Shown here one piece after another: positions 27,065-38,407 of a stretch of 64,000 nucleotides of DNA. Under the pieces are notes generated by a model. The model ran no database searches, had not been told where the DNA came from, and saw only the letters and a list, made by a program, of their open reading frames with translations. The position numbers and the translations under genes are program-made. The stretch's first letter is position 1, and each line of letters opens with the position of its first letter. The stretch is from a virus (taxonomy: Duplodnaviria; Caudoviricetes): IMG/VR virus record IMGVR_UViG_3300026522_000023, positions 61,781 through 125,780 of that record; one strand, given 5' to 3'.

Positions 27065-28750
27065 TTAACTCATTGATTCTTTATTCTAAATAGTTTTACT
27101 ACTCTTTTCGTCATCGGCTTTCTCAGGTCGTCCGGCCGTACCAGAACCGCTTGATGTTTTAGCCGTTGTTGTAGTAATATTTGTTTTCTATGTTCCTGAA
27201 TTATTTTGAGTTTCAGGTTTATTTCTTGAACCTTTTAAGCCCAAAATATCTTCACTACCCATAGTAGAACTCATAAGAGGAGGTATCATAACTTCACTCA
27301 AATGTAATATATCATTCTCAAAATGAACAGCATTTAGAATAAAACTCTAAGAATGGCCTAAGGCAATCTGAGGAAGCATTTTAGAGTATCCTAACTACAC
27401 GTGTTCTTTATATAATTTTGCTAAATTCTAATAATTATATTGTGTAGTTTCAAGCATATAAAATTTAAAATTATATTTACGATTATTGCTATTACGCATA
27501 GCAGTAATTCTATTAAAGAAAATATTGTATTGTAATAAAAGATTGCGCAAATATGATTCGTCATTCAATACTGATTTTTCTAATGCTATATTACCATCAG
27601 TATTAAACAAATTCTATGAAATACCTAAAGAATTATAAACAGTACGTTCTACTTTAGATAAGTCATCAGTAGTTGTTGTAGTATTCCTATCTGCTAAATC
27701 AATAGTATCAACATCAGTAAATGTAGTTAAAACATCAACACCAATACATCTACGCAACATCTCTACAGCATTATGGTGAATATCTAATGCTTCATCAGAG
27801 TCAAAAATTAAATCCCCATTTTTATCCATAGGAAGTTTTTGAACAATAATTTTTAACAACTTCTACATTTGCTTTTTACGATCTAATTCTTGTGCAGCAT
27901 CTAAATCCATAATAGCAGGAATAGAACTGACAAATAATGGCATATCATCATTATTTAAATTAAACTTTACACAATACTGTGGATCTAACATATACCAAGA
28001 TCCAATAGCAGAATCTCTGCCTAATACAATTTCTTCTGATTTTAATTTGCCTTGCTTATATAACATATAACCTTTGGCAAATTCATCAGGGAATAATTTC
28101 AATACTTTCATACGATAATTAATATCGTGGAAAGTATCAAAAAACTTCATATTAAATTCAATAACAGGCATATTATCTACGCTGTATCGAGAACGGCAGA
28201 AGTTAACCGGTAAATCTTGTAAAATTAAATGGTCATTAGAAGGAACTATATATCCATAATAACAGCCTTCTTTAATTACTTTTAAAGATATATCTCCACA
28301 AATTTTCTTAATATAACTACTATCTAAATAATTAAGAGTCTTTGAAAAATCTTTTAATATCTTTTCCTCTTTGACTGTATCATCTAGAATCTCTGGCGCG
28401 ACATACCAATCATATCTATATAAAAAAGCAAAATAATTACAAGTGCGCTCATATATACCATTTACGCTATAAAATAAATTAGATATACGACGCAGTTCCG
28501 GTAAATCATGATCAGCTATTGCTTTATAAATATCTGCTTTACAAAAGCCTTTTTGACCCGGAATATTTATTTTTTGATAATAATCTAAATCTAAAATAAC
28601 ATCATTTAGACTTCTATTACCGACCTTAACTTTTTTATATTCATTAGCAACCGCTGTTCTATACTCTCGATAAGAATCAGTCATATCAAATCCTTTATTA
28701 TGAATTTCTTCAGCACGGACTTGATTTAGGGTTTGAGTTTGATTATCCAA
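27065..28750 (-). CDS. Portal protein, 561 aa (TAG=Gln)
   Basis: Track ORFs 27863-28750, 27614-27859 and 27428-27610 are one frame split at TAG; C-terminal GRP motif; lies between TerL and protease. Confidence 0.8.
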
Positions 28751-28762
28751 AATTCCACCTCC

Positions 28763-29119
28763 TTAATAACCTGCTAGTTTCATTATATAATCATAAGAAA
28801 TAAGGTTTTCATCAGTGTATGGAATTTCTATTAATTTAAAATCGTGCAAAGCACAAAAACGTCTCTTTTGATTATCATTATATTGCTATTGGTATAAACC
28901 GCGTTTACCACCAAATTTAGAACTTGCTTCATAATGTTGCTTACCCTAATACTCAATAATAAAATCAATTTTACCATCATCATCAAATATAACGAAATCA
29001 AATCTCAAAGGACGTCCATTTGGACTTCTTAAATCTGGAAATATATATTCCATTTTAAAAGGAAGTCCAGCCTCTTCTAAGATTTCTTCTATTTTTATTT
29101 CTCCTCTAGAAGCACGCAT
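28763..29119 (-). CDS. Vsr/DUF559-like PD-(D/E)XK endonuclease, 118 aa (TAG=Gln)
   Basis: SRGEIKIEEIL...EYIFPDL...LRFDFVI...IIEY*GKQHY...NDNQKRRFC...LIEIPY. Confidence 0.75.
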
Positions 29120-29131
29120 AAACTTCCCTCC

Positions 29132-30865
29132 TTAATTCATAAAGCACCAATCAGATGCTTTAAATTTCTTACGTTTTTTCTTTTTATCTTCTTCGAGTTT
29201 TAAATAATATAATCCATATTCAAAAGCTGAAAATTTATCCTTTCGGATACCACGATTTGCCTACTTCAGGATAATATTTACTCCTTCAGTTTCTTCACGC
29301 AAATTCATCATTTCTTCTTTTAATATGGAAGTTAAAGTAAATGGTTTTAAATATTCTGCCCTCTATTCAGGTTTCATAGATTGACCAACTTTAGTTGCCA
29401 TTAATTTATTTTTAGCAATACGTTCATCAATAAGAAATTTTACTTTTCCAGAAGACAACTATGAACGCGCAATAGCATGTGCTTCAGTATTAATTGGCGC
29501 ATTTGCTTTCAAAATATACATAGCATCTAGTTCAGTAACAGAAGTCTTATACTTTTTATAGTATCCTTCTTCGTCATTAGAAACACCGAAATCAGGATAA
29601 GTTTCATTAGTATCAGGATCAGTCTAAGATTTAACCATATAGTCAATTAAACCAATACCCATACCATTACCATCTATTACGATCTGACGAGCATTATATT
29701 TATAATATAATTTCTTTAATTTGATAGCCTAATCTTCAAAATGTTCATTTGATAAAGTATAAATATTAACAAGGCTCTTTGTAGCGCCACCTTGAGATTG
29801 CGGAGTTGCTTTAAATACACAAATAACAGAATCACAACCTTTACGTCCAATATCAGCCGCTAAAACATAAAAAGCTAATTTAGAAGAACGACCACTTGCT
29901 TCATATTCAGGCTAATTTAAAATGCGGTTTCTATCAAAAATTTCCGCATTGAAAAATGCGTCTTCAACAGTACCAGACCATTTACTTTCATATTCACGAT
30001 CAAAAGAACTTTCATTGAAAGTACCATCTTGTTTTAAATCTTGAATAAATGATTTAGATTGTAAGCCAATTAATACAGGAATACGCCAAGTACCACCCAT
30101 TATAATTGATTGCTCAGGTTTAATAATTTCCCAGACAAGCAACTGAATTAGCTTATCATAAGGGAATGTATTTTTATATCCAGCAGTAGTAATATAAATC
30201 TAAGATTTATTAAGAGTTTCTTCATCATGTGTTGTGCCATCCATACACATACGAGAAATGTTCATCGTAGGAATAATAACCTAAGATAAAATATCTCCAT
30301 CAACACCAACGCATTCCTCAATAAGACCGCCATGACGACGTTTACCACGAGAAGATTCTCTAGCAGCGATATTATCAAAATAAGAACCATTCTTAAATAC
30401 ATATTTAACATAGTCCTTACCTTCAAGGGTTTGACCACGCCGCCAATCAATTTCTTTATTAAATGCTGGAATCAATGTACAAATTTCTTGTACTTTTTCT
30501 TTAACAATACCTGCGGCCTGTTCCTTACCACCAGAAGTAATAAATAATTTACAACGAGGATAAAGAATAGCTCGGCACATAAGTACCATCATAGATAAAA
30601 ATGATTTAGAATACGCACGAGGAAATACTGCATAGATATATTTATGCCGCATTGCCGCACGCAAAAAGATTCTCTAATAAAAGAATAAATGAAAGTGTTG
30701 GGGACCGCCATCCGGTCCCGCCATGAAATCAATAAATAAATCAGGATATTCTCTCCAGAAGGCAATATACTTACGTGCTTCTGGAATAATACCTCTTAAT
30801 CGCTCTTCTGAAAGACCGACTTTGCGGCGAGAGGCACTTAAATCTAGTAAGTCTTTAAGTGCCAT
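29132..30865 (-). CDS. terL: Terminase large subunit, 577 aa (TAG=Gln)
   Basis: Track ORFs 30674, 30281 and 29912 share one frame. ATPase motifs FPRAYSKSF and RGKRRHGGLIEE; nuclease motifs VLAADIGRKGCDS, VIDGNGMG and KDKFSA. Confidence 0.9.
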
Positions 30866-32040
30866 TAGACTTCTTTACCTTTCGCCATATTTTCATAAGT
30901 TATTTCATCTAAGTCACTTTCATCTTCTAAGAACTAATTATGTTCTATAAAATCTTCATCTTTTAATACTTCTTCATCTAAATTATCTATATCTTCAATG
31001 TCTTCATCTTCTTCACGGTTTTCCTAATCAACCATATTTTTAACGGCAGCTTCAATAAGATTACCAAGATTCATTTCTTCAGTGACTAATGTATGAGTAT
31101 AATTCTTTAAATCATTTAAAGTTTCATCAACTTTATCCATAGGGCCTTCAGTATAATAACGAGGAATAAACCCTTCGCGTTCACACATTTCAACTAATTC
31201 ACTAATAGAATCAAATTCTCCAGAAGATTCAGATTTATTTTGGGCAGCAGTAAATTTACCAGATTTCATTAAACTATCATAAACTTTGCTCATCTTTTGG
31301 AATCCTTCGATATCACCAATATCAATCAGCTAATTCGCTTTCAAAGATGTCTTACATATTAATTTTAATGTATCTTTGTGACCTGCGCCTTGAATATCAT
31401 ATGAAGCCATCATTTCTTCATATAACTACTCTAATTTAACCCATTCTTCAGGTTTATAAGTTTTGCCCCATTTTAATCTTAGATACGTACGATCTTCTTC
31501 AGTTAAGTCTAAATCTTCTTCTGGACCGTTTTGCTAAGCAAAATAATCTTCTTGCGGAACTATGGTAGTATCTTCATATACAGGTTCCTCAAGGGGCTTA
31601 TCAGGCATTGTAAATACTCTGCCTTTTTCTTTTGCTTCCATAATCTGAACTGCGTCATAACCTTGACGTTTCATAGTTTGCTCTAATTTAGCATCTTCTA
31701 ATTCTTGAAGTCGTTCAGTATCTTTCCAACGAGTATCTTTATATTGTTTTAATTTCATTTTAGAAAGATAACGTCCTAAAATAGTAGTTCCTGTTACTTC
31801 ACTTGGATTAGTGGCATATTTCATCATAAGACTTTGCCATTCTTTAGGAACATAAGGAACATCAGCTTCTTGTAAAATCCAAAGATAAGTATCTGGATTC
31901 CAGTTATCAACGTGCATTGTAATACATTTTTTACATTGATTTAATTTACCGGTAGGATACTTTTCTAAATTATTACTGCCATAAAATTCAGAAGCATTCA
32001 TTGTGCGATTACATTTCTCGCAATAATAAGTTTCTGCCAT
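30865..32040 (-). CDS. Zn-finger protein coupled to TerL, possible small terminase, 391 aa (TAG=Gln)
   Basis: CEKC...CKKC N-terminus; fragments 31534-32040 and 31024-31293 are in frame; its TAA overlaps the TerL ATG. Confidence 0.6.
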
Positions 32041-32084
32041 AAAATTTCTCCTTTCATTAGATTATTAGTAATTCATAGAAAGGA

Positions 32085-33149
32085 TTATGATTTTTTGGCC
32101 TTAGAATTTCGACAACATTTACAAATGCTATAAAATCCATCTTTACTGGTTTTATTTTTACTAAAATATTTATTATGAGCTAATTTTATTTCGCCGCATC
32201 TACTACAACGTTTATAATGTCCTTTTTCAACATTTAAATAATACCAACTTAAATATTCATCTTCCGCAGTAGATGCAATTAATTTTGGAATTTTGTTTCT
32301 CCATAGACTAGAAATATACTCAAGACTATGTTTAATACCAAATTCCATTTGGATTTTCTCTTGAATGTCAATATTTTGTAATCCATCAATTTTATATTCA
32401 ACTATTCTATCATATAATGGATAGTCTTTCAAAGCTTTGTCACATAATTTATCAAAATCTTCCATTAAATACCATAAATCTTTTTCATACTCGCCTTGAC
32501 TATCTTGTTTTAATCGAGAATAGTTACATAAAATAGCAGAACAAACGACAGGATCTAATAAACTTACTCCTTCTGGAATCGGATAAACATATCCATCTTC
32601 ATCATCTAACATTTTTACTTCTCCATCTAAAGGAGTTAAACATCTTGAGCGAGTTAATTTATTAGGAATAATTGGTTTGCGGTAAGCATTTTTAATAACA
32701 TACTAATCTTTCCGCATTTCAATTAATGCTTTTTTAATTACAAAAGCATCTTTACCTTCTGTCACTTTCAATTTGGCTTCCCAAGCTGAAATGGCTTCTT
32801 TTAACTATTTTAAATAAGGTATTTCTTCAACATCTTTTTTTGTAATTGTAACTTTTGGCTAAAATATTGTATTTTTATTTTCAGTAATTAAATTATAAAT
32901 TCCATCTTCGCCATTTTCTAGTTGAGAGACAAGACCTTCAAAAGAAGTTTCTCTTTTATTAACTGTAGCCATACGATTTTCAGTTAATAATTTTTTTTCC
33001 TTTTTCTCTTGTTTCTCCATACAAAGAACTAAATAGTCAGCCAAGACTTCTAAATATTTTTCACTTGGTTCAGGATTCTCAGCAAGAATCTTTTTGACTA
33101 ATTCATTTCTCTCTTCTGGAGTTTGTAAAGAATAATCTAACTTTATCAT
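32085..33149 (-). CDS. Putative DNA-binding regulator with an HTH-like segment and C-terminal Zn ribbon, 354 aa (TAG=Gln)
   Basis: Fragments 32859-33149 and 32085-32612 are in frame; RIVEYKIDGLQNIDIQEKI...SLEYISSLW and KRCSRCGE...SICKCC. Confidence 0.6.
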
Positions 33150-33173
33150 TTTTTACCTCCAGTCTATATAAAT

Positions 33174-33309
33174 ATTATATCGCAAATTTTCTCTTCTGTC
33201 AAAGAAAATTTTTAATCTTTTAAATAAAAGATTAAAAATTTTTTTAGATAAATTAATAGAAATTACCCATTTACAGAAATTTGACAATTTTAAAAAAATT
33301 TATTATAAT
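33174..33309. promoter_or_regulatory. Divergent consensus promoters flanking a perfect AT-rich palindrome
   Basis: Minus strand TTGACA-17-TATAAT at 33202-33174; plus strand at 33281-33309; 18-bp inverted repeat at 33205-33242. Confidence 0.75.
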
Positions 33310-33339
33310 ATTTATAGAATAAAAAGATAGGAGGATTAT

Positions 33340-33708
33340 ATGGAAGTATTAAGTATTATAAATATTATTTTTTTAATAATTATGGTAATTATTGAAGGAT
33401 TAAAGTATGTTGTATTTATTTTTTCTAATACTTCTAATAATACCATATTAAGTCAAACAGAAACAGTATTAGGTAAAGCTATAAATAAATATCCTTGTAC
33501 TGTTGGATTAAGTATTGTATTCAATGCTGATTTTGATGGTATAATTACAGATTTTTCAAAATATGAAGATTATAATTTAATTGTATTCACAAGTTATAAG
33601 CCAGAAGATCCTCCTGAAGATTTAGCAGATATTAAAATGCTAACGTTCATTCCAAATTGTATAGTTTATGAATACGAAGGAGGATATTTTGATTGGGAGG
33701 AATCATAA
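33340..33708 (+). CDS. Hypothetical protein with N-terminal hydrophobic segment
   Basis: GGAGG RBS downstream of the promoter; 122 aa. Confidence 0.6.
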   Translation: MEVLSIINIIFLIIMVIIEGLKYVVFIFSNTSNNTILSQTETVLGKAINKYPCTVGLSIVFNADFDGIITDFSKYEDYNLIVFTSYKPEDPPEDLADIKMLTFIPNCIVYEYEGGYFDWEES

Positions 33709-33926
33709 TAGTTTTATTATTGGGAGTAATTTCTACTCTTGAATTTATAGAATATGCTCCTTTTATTAAAGAAATAGAATCAAATAGTGATAAATTTATT
33801 GCTTTATTAATATTTTTAATTGGTGGTCCATTTTTTGCTATCACTAATGTTTTTAATTATATTTTAGATATATTAATGCCTGAAGGATGGAATGATGAAG
33901 ATGACAGTAACAAATTCAATAAATAA
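33693..33926 (+). CDS. Small membrane protein
   Basis: Two hydrophobic stretches; overlaps both neighbours; GGAGG upstream of a TTG start. Confidence 0.55.
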   Translation: MGGIIIVLLLGVISTLEFIEYAPFIKEIESNSDKFIALLIFLIGGPFFAITNVFNYILDILMPEGWNDEDDSNKFNK

Positions 33927-34347
33927 ACTTAAAGAATATAACCAGAAAAATTGGATAGATCCTCTAACAAGAATTGCCCAAGCGCTCTCTCCACGTAGCA
34001 CAGTATGTTTTTGTACAGACTACCGCAATAATAAATATCTCGCACCACTTCTCAATGTACTGTTGGCGCATGACATTACCGTTCATCTGTGCAATAAGCA
34101 TACTCCAGATATTTTTGATATGATCTCTGAATCAACTTTGACCATCGTTGATTTCCCAGAAGGTGAGCATATCATTAATTGTTATCCTTTCACTCTTGGA
34201 GGATGGGCGACAAATAACCGCGGCATTCTTGATATTGGTAATAATTGCTTTAATACAGAATTGCGCAAAGTATATCGGCCAATTTATAAAAAGCGCGAAA
34301 ATGCTTATAAAGATATTTTGAATGTGCTAGAGGCAAGATGGGTATGA
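33892..34347 (+). CDS. Hypothetical protein
   Basis: 151-aa ORF in an overlapping operon. Confidence 0.55.
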   Translation: MMKMTVTNSINKLKEYNQKNWIDPLTRIAQALSPRSTVCFCTDYRNNKYLAPLLNVLLAHDITVHLCNKHTPDIFDMISESTLTIVDFPEGEHIINCYPFTLGGWATNNRGILDIGNNCFNTELRKVYRPIYKKRENAYKDILNVLEARWV

Positions 34348-34745
34348 TGATTACTGGTTTTGAATGGAAAGTAAGCCTTTGGGAACGCGAATTTACTTTA
34401 TATGAAAGTAAGAAATTAAATTTAGAAAATCCATTTTAGATTTAGACTACTTTTACTCCCATTAAATGTGAAGACGGTACTATTGCTTATACTTTTGATG
34501 GCACTTAGAAGCGCAAACATTTTACTGATGAAGATAAACAAAAGTGGTGTCGTTTAAAAAATGAATATGTAATTGTGCGAGTGGCGCAAGAATATGGCTT
34601 TGAAAAGGCATGGAATTATTGTAATAATTGTAGTAACCCTACAGAATTATAGACTTTCCTTTTAATGAAGTGTAAACCTTGCTTTTTTGATGGGCAATGT
34701 ATGCTAGAATGTAAATTTTATGATAAAGGATGTAAAGAAAAATGA
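34344..34745 (+). CDS. Cys-rich hypothetical protein, 133 aa (four TAGs)
   Basis: ATGA-coupled at both ends and fills the gap exactly when TAG is read through; ...CKPCFFDGQCMLECKFYDKGC. Confidence 0.65.
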
Positions 34746-35320
34746 AAAAATTTATTATTATTTGTTTAGCTTTGTGCTTAATTTTATCTTTGTGCGGATT
34801 TACTTATGTCGGCAAAGATGTAGATGATGTTAAGGATAAAGCCCATCAAATTGCTGAATTGGCTCGTTCTATTGGACTTCCAGAAGATGATCCTATTATT
34901 GTAAGAGCGCAAGAGATTTATGATGGCGTAACTGAAGTGCGGCATGCAGTTTCCTATACAGATGCGGAATTGAAGATGTTAGCTAATGTTGTTCATTATG
35001 AAAGTAAAGGCTGTCCTGATTGGCATCAACAAGTAGTTGCTCGAATTGTTATTAATAGAATGTTAGATAAAGATTTTCCAGATGCTATTGAAGGCGTAAT
35101 TACTCAACCGGGTGCTTATTTGGAGTGGTATGCGCGTGCGAATCCTGCTGATATTGAAGATAGATGTTATGAAAATGCGCGATTAGCTTTAGAAGGATAT
35201 GTTGATATTCCTTTGAATGTAGTATATCAAGCTCAATTTACACAAGGTAGCGGTATTTGGAAAAGTAGTTATGTAAATACTGGTTGGTGGGAAAGTACTA
35301 CTTATTTTTGTTATAAGTAA
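34742..35320 (+). CDS. Cell wall hydrolase, SleB/Hydrolase_2 family, with signal peptide
   Basis: MLANVVHYESKG...VVARIVINRM...FPDAIEGVITQPGAY. Confidence 0.75.
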   Translation: MKKFIIICLALCLILSLCGFTYVGKDVDDVKDKAHQIAELARSIGLPEDDPIIVRAQEIYDGVTEVRHAVSYTDAELKMLANVVHYESKGCPDWHQQVVARIVINRMLDKDFPDAIEGVITQPGAYLEWYARANPADIEDRCYENARLALEGYVDIPLNVVYQAQFTQGSGIWKSSYVNTGWWESTTYFCYK

Positions 35321-35334
35321 ATATTTTATATTTT

Positions 35335-35418
35335 CGTAATTCAGAATCGAAAAATGTTTTTTCGTGATTTGAAATTGAAAAACATTTTTCCGTAATCCAG
35401 AATTGAAAAATGTTTTGG
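35335..35418. repeat. Three imperfect 28-bp tandem repeats
   Basis: cgtaattcagaatcgaaaaatgtttttt / cgtgatttgaaattgaaaaacatttttc / cgtaatccagaattgaaaaatgttttgg, starting at 35335, 35363 and 35391. Confidence 0.8.
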
Positions 35419-35690
35419 AGAGAGTTTTGCTCAGCACATACTCAAAAATTAAAAATAAAAAAATTTTTTCCCATAATACACCCCGGGGTATTTCTAGCTG
35501 ATTCTGTCCTGAGAAAATATTAGCAGTCTGTTGTCTTGATTCTCACAGAGCAAGCACAGCTTCATTTATACACCCCCGTCAAATAAAGCACAAAGAGTTT
35601 TCCTTACACCTTTAACCTTTTATTATCAATACAAACTCATGCCCCGCTTTGTGCTATTAGCTAATCTATCTATCCAGAAGGAGAATGATA

Positions 35691-35960
35691 ATGTTATCAA
35701 TAATGCCAATGAATGTATCACGCAAGATTGATACATTAGGTCGAGTAGTTATTCCAAAAGGAATCAGAGATACATACAAGTTAAATATTGGAGATGAAGT
35801 TTATTTCTCTATTCTCAACAACGATGGTTAGTAGTATGTGGGTATCAGTAAAACCAACGAAGACTTAGTGAAATACAAGATAGCAATGTAGGTGCTGCTC
35901 GACCTAGATCTTGATGTGCCAGAAGAGTTAGCAGAGAAAGTTGAGAATATAATTGAATAA
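35691..35960 (+). CDS. AbrB/MazE/SpoVT-family DNA-binding protein, 89 aa (three TAGs; missing from the ORF track)
   Basis: AAGGAG RBS; VSRKIDTLGRVVIPKGIRDTYKLNIGDEVYF is the AbrB motif; TAG TAG at 35829-35834 and TAG at 35889. Confidence 0.85.
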
Positions 35961-36238
35961 GCAACTCTCACAATCTCAAGCTACCCAAAGACTGCGAGCA
36001 CGTGCGCAAGCACGCAATAAGTATAATAATCTATACACATAATGAATAGCACATAATAAATAACACACAATCATCACATCAATAGGCTGCTCGGCGCGCT
36101 GGCGGGTGTGGCGCGCCGAGTTTGCGTATTATACAAATGTCACAAAAATCTTCTGCGCTTTTTGTACAAAATTATCCCTTGACAGATTTCCCACAATGTG
36201 CTATACTATAAATACAGTAAAGGAAAGAGGTATTCATT

Positions 36239-36547
36239 ATGGAAGAAATCAGACGCCGCATGAACATCTTCAGCGCTATCAGCGCAGTCATTGTTGTCCT
36301 GCTCATTATCTTGCTCTGCCAGTACATTAAGGCACACCCAGCTCAGGATGTCAATAATATCTATACGAGAAGTGCAACCGTCTGTGAAGTCAATGGCAAT
36401 GTCCAATTCTATACAGATGACGCAGGCAATGAATGGAGTACTACAGACGAAAATGTGTCCGTTGGTGACAAGGTTCTTCTGGTAATGAATACCATGGGAA
36501 CATCACCCATCTGCGATGATGAAATCATCGAGGTTAGAGCACGCTAA
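36239..36547 (+). CDS. Hypothetical membrane-anchored protein
   Basis: Promoter at 36179 and GAGG RBS; N-terminal TM segment. Confidence 0.65.
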   Translation: MEEIRRRMNIFSAISAVIVVLLIILLCQYIKAHPAQDVNNIYTRSATVCEVNGNVQFYTDDAGNEWSTTDENVSVGDKVLLVMNTMGTSPICDDEIIEVRAR

Positions 36548-36724
36548 GCAAAGCGTGCTCTTTCTGCGTTTGTTAGTCTCCGCACACGATAGTGAGTTCC
36601 CGGAACTTCACCAAGCTAAAGTAGTAAAGAAAAATTCTGTGAAATATTTGCGCATAAAGACTTGACAAAGCGTTCCCGAAATGCTATAATACAGATACAA
36701 GGTAAGGAAATGAGGTATTACACA

Positions 36725-36925
36725 ATGACTACGATTCAGGTTCTGTACTCGATTATTATTTGGAGCTTTTCTCTTTTTCTCTGTATTACGCTTGTAATTA
36801 ATATGAGAGAGTTTATCAAGACTTCTATCAGTTGGAAATACGATTGGCCTGTTATTGTTCTTTGGGTATGCGAGTTGGCCTTGACTATTATTCTTATCTT
36901 AGTCCCATTTATTTTCTTTATGTGA
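36725..36925 (+). CDS. Small two-TM membrane protein
   Basis: Promoter at 36662 and GAGG RBS; hydrophobic. Confidence 0.6.
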   Translation: MTTIQVLYSIIIWSFSLFLCITLVINMREFIKTSISWKYDWPVIVLWVCELALTIILILVPFIFFM

Positions 36926-37021
36926 TAGGGAATAATCCTTATTACATTAAGAAAAATAGTTCTTGACAACTATCACATTCTGTGCTATAATACAGATACA
37001 AAGTAAAGAGAGGTAACAATC

Positions 37022-37159
37022 ATGTTTGAATTTGGTATTCTGAACATTAACGCTCAGGAAGAAAGAATCATCTTTGGATACAATGGAATTGACGCTTTCC
37101 GCAGATACAATCTTGACGCGGCTGAATGGAAAGTTCTGTATTCTGAATACGTTGATTAA
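37022..37159 (+). CDS. Small hypothetical protein, 45 aa
   Basis: Promoter at 36963 and GAGG RBS; MFEFGILNINAQEERIIFG... Confidence 0.6.
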   Translation: MFEFGILNINAQEERIIFGYNGIDAFRRYNLDAAEWKVLYSEYVD

Positions 37160-37237
37160 AAAAAATAAAATTAGGGCTTGACAAACCGCAATCTTCATGC
37201 TATAATTAAGACACAAAGAACGAAGGAGATAACAACA

Positions 37238-37432
37238 ATGACTGACAACTACAACACCTACTACAACAAGCTTATGGGCATGAAGAAAGCGGACATTATC
37301 CGCGAGGGTCAGACTTGGGACATTTGGGCGAACTGCCAGAGCACCGCCGCTTGGCTGATGAAACAGTCTAAGACTTGGCTGGCTGGTGTCCTTGCTGGTC
37401 GGCTGTGCCGCTTGGAAAATCGGGGCTACTAA
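37238..37432 (+). CDS. Small hypothetical protein
   Basis: Promoter at 37178 and AAGGAG RBS; MTDNYNTYYNKLMG... Confidence 0.65.
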   Translation: MTDNYNTYYNKLMGMKKADIIREGQTWDIWANCQSTAAWLMKQSKTWLAGVLAGRLCRLENRGY

Positions 37433-37457
37433 GCCCCGAAGAAAGGAAGTAAAAATT

Positions 37458-37646
37458 ATGTATCATGTTTATGAAAATGATTATGAGTTTCCGCTCTACT
37501 GGAATTCTCTGGATGACGCTATGACATTTGCTCAGCGTTGTTCTACTGGTAGAAAGCACCATTGGCGCAACAAATACATTGTTGTTGATAATACAACTGG
37601 CGAAGTTATCATTATTTTCCGCTGTGGCTTCGGACTTCTAAAATAA
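37458..37646 (+). CDS. Small hypothetical protein
   Basis: GAAAGGA RBS; MYHVYENDYEFP...; followed by a terminator hairpin. Confidence 0.6.
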   Translation: MYHVYENDYEFPLYWNSLDDAMTFAQRCSTGRKHHWRNKYIVVDNTTGEVIIIFRCGFGLLK

Positions 37647-37907
37647 AAAATATCCCAATTTGGGATATTTTTTTTATTTATTTTTCCTATTGACAAATCC
37701 AATAGAGTGTAATAAAATGGGCGCGCCGGCCACAATCGCCACTGGCCGGCATTTTATTATAACATACCGCCAGCCAATTTGTCAAGGGGAAAATCGCACA
37801 AATATTATACAAAAAATTTTCCCGAAATTTGTGCGTTTTGCCAATAGACAAACAGAATAGCATAGTGTATAATAAAGATACAAAGTTAAGGAACGAGGTA
37901 ATTCACA

Positions 37908-38075
37908 ATGACTATGAACACACTTGCTGAGAAATTGTCCGCATGGCTCGACCGTTATGGCTGGGATGATGAAAGCCTGAATAATTTTGCCAACATCCAT
38001 GCGACTTCCTACGAAGAATACAATGCGATTTGGGAAGTTTTGGAAGAACTGAAAAAAATGCGTGATGGGGATTGA
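37908..38075 (+). CDS. Small hypothetical protein, 55 aa
   Basis: Promoter at 37845 and GAGG RBS; its TGA stop lies inside the next TTGACA. Confidence 0.6.
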   Translation: MTMNTLAEKLSAWLDRYGWDDESLNNFANIHATSYEEYNAIWEVLEELKKMRDGD

Positions 38076-38132
38076 CAAAGTCCCCATTCCATGCTATAAT
38101 AAATATACAAATTAAGAAAGGAATTGAATACA

Positions 38133-38351
38133 ATGGATTTCAAGAAAATGAGCACAGGCGCAGTAATCGGCAAAATTCTTTACACAGTTGGCAAGTGGTT
38201 CGCAACTGCCGCTTTGATCTGGTGGGGCTGGAACATTTTTGCTTGGCACTTTGATCTGCCGCAGTTCGAGTACATGGAAATCTTTGCCATGCGTATGGCT
38301 CTGACCTGTATCATGAAAATTTTCTGGCAGAGAACTGACAAAGGGGATTGA
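38133..38351 (+). CDS. Small membrane protein
   Basis: Promoter at 38072 and GAAAGGA RBS. Confidence 0.6.
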   Translation: MDFKKMSTGAVIGKILYTVGKWFATAALIWWGWNIFAWHFDLPQFEYMEIFAMRMALTCIMKIFWQRTDKGD

Positions 38352-38407
38352 CAAACAATCCCCATGTGCTATAATAAATTCAGAAATTAAGAAAGGAATT
38401 GATAAAC

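Noticed and set aside
1-33149. Decayed prophage or mass pseudogenisation suggested by fragmented ORFs
   Set aside because: Breaks are at TAG, fragments stay in one frame with no frameshifts, and TAG occupies conserved Gln positions.
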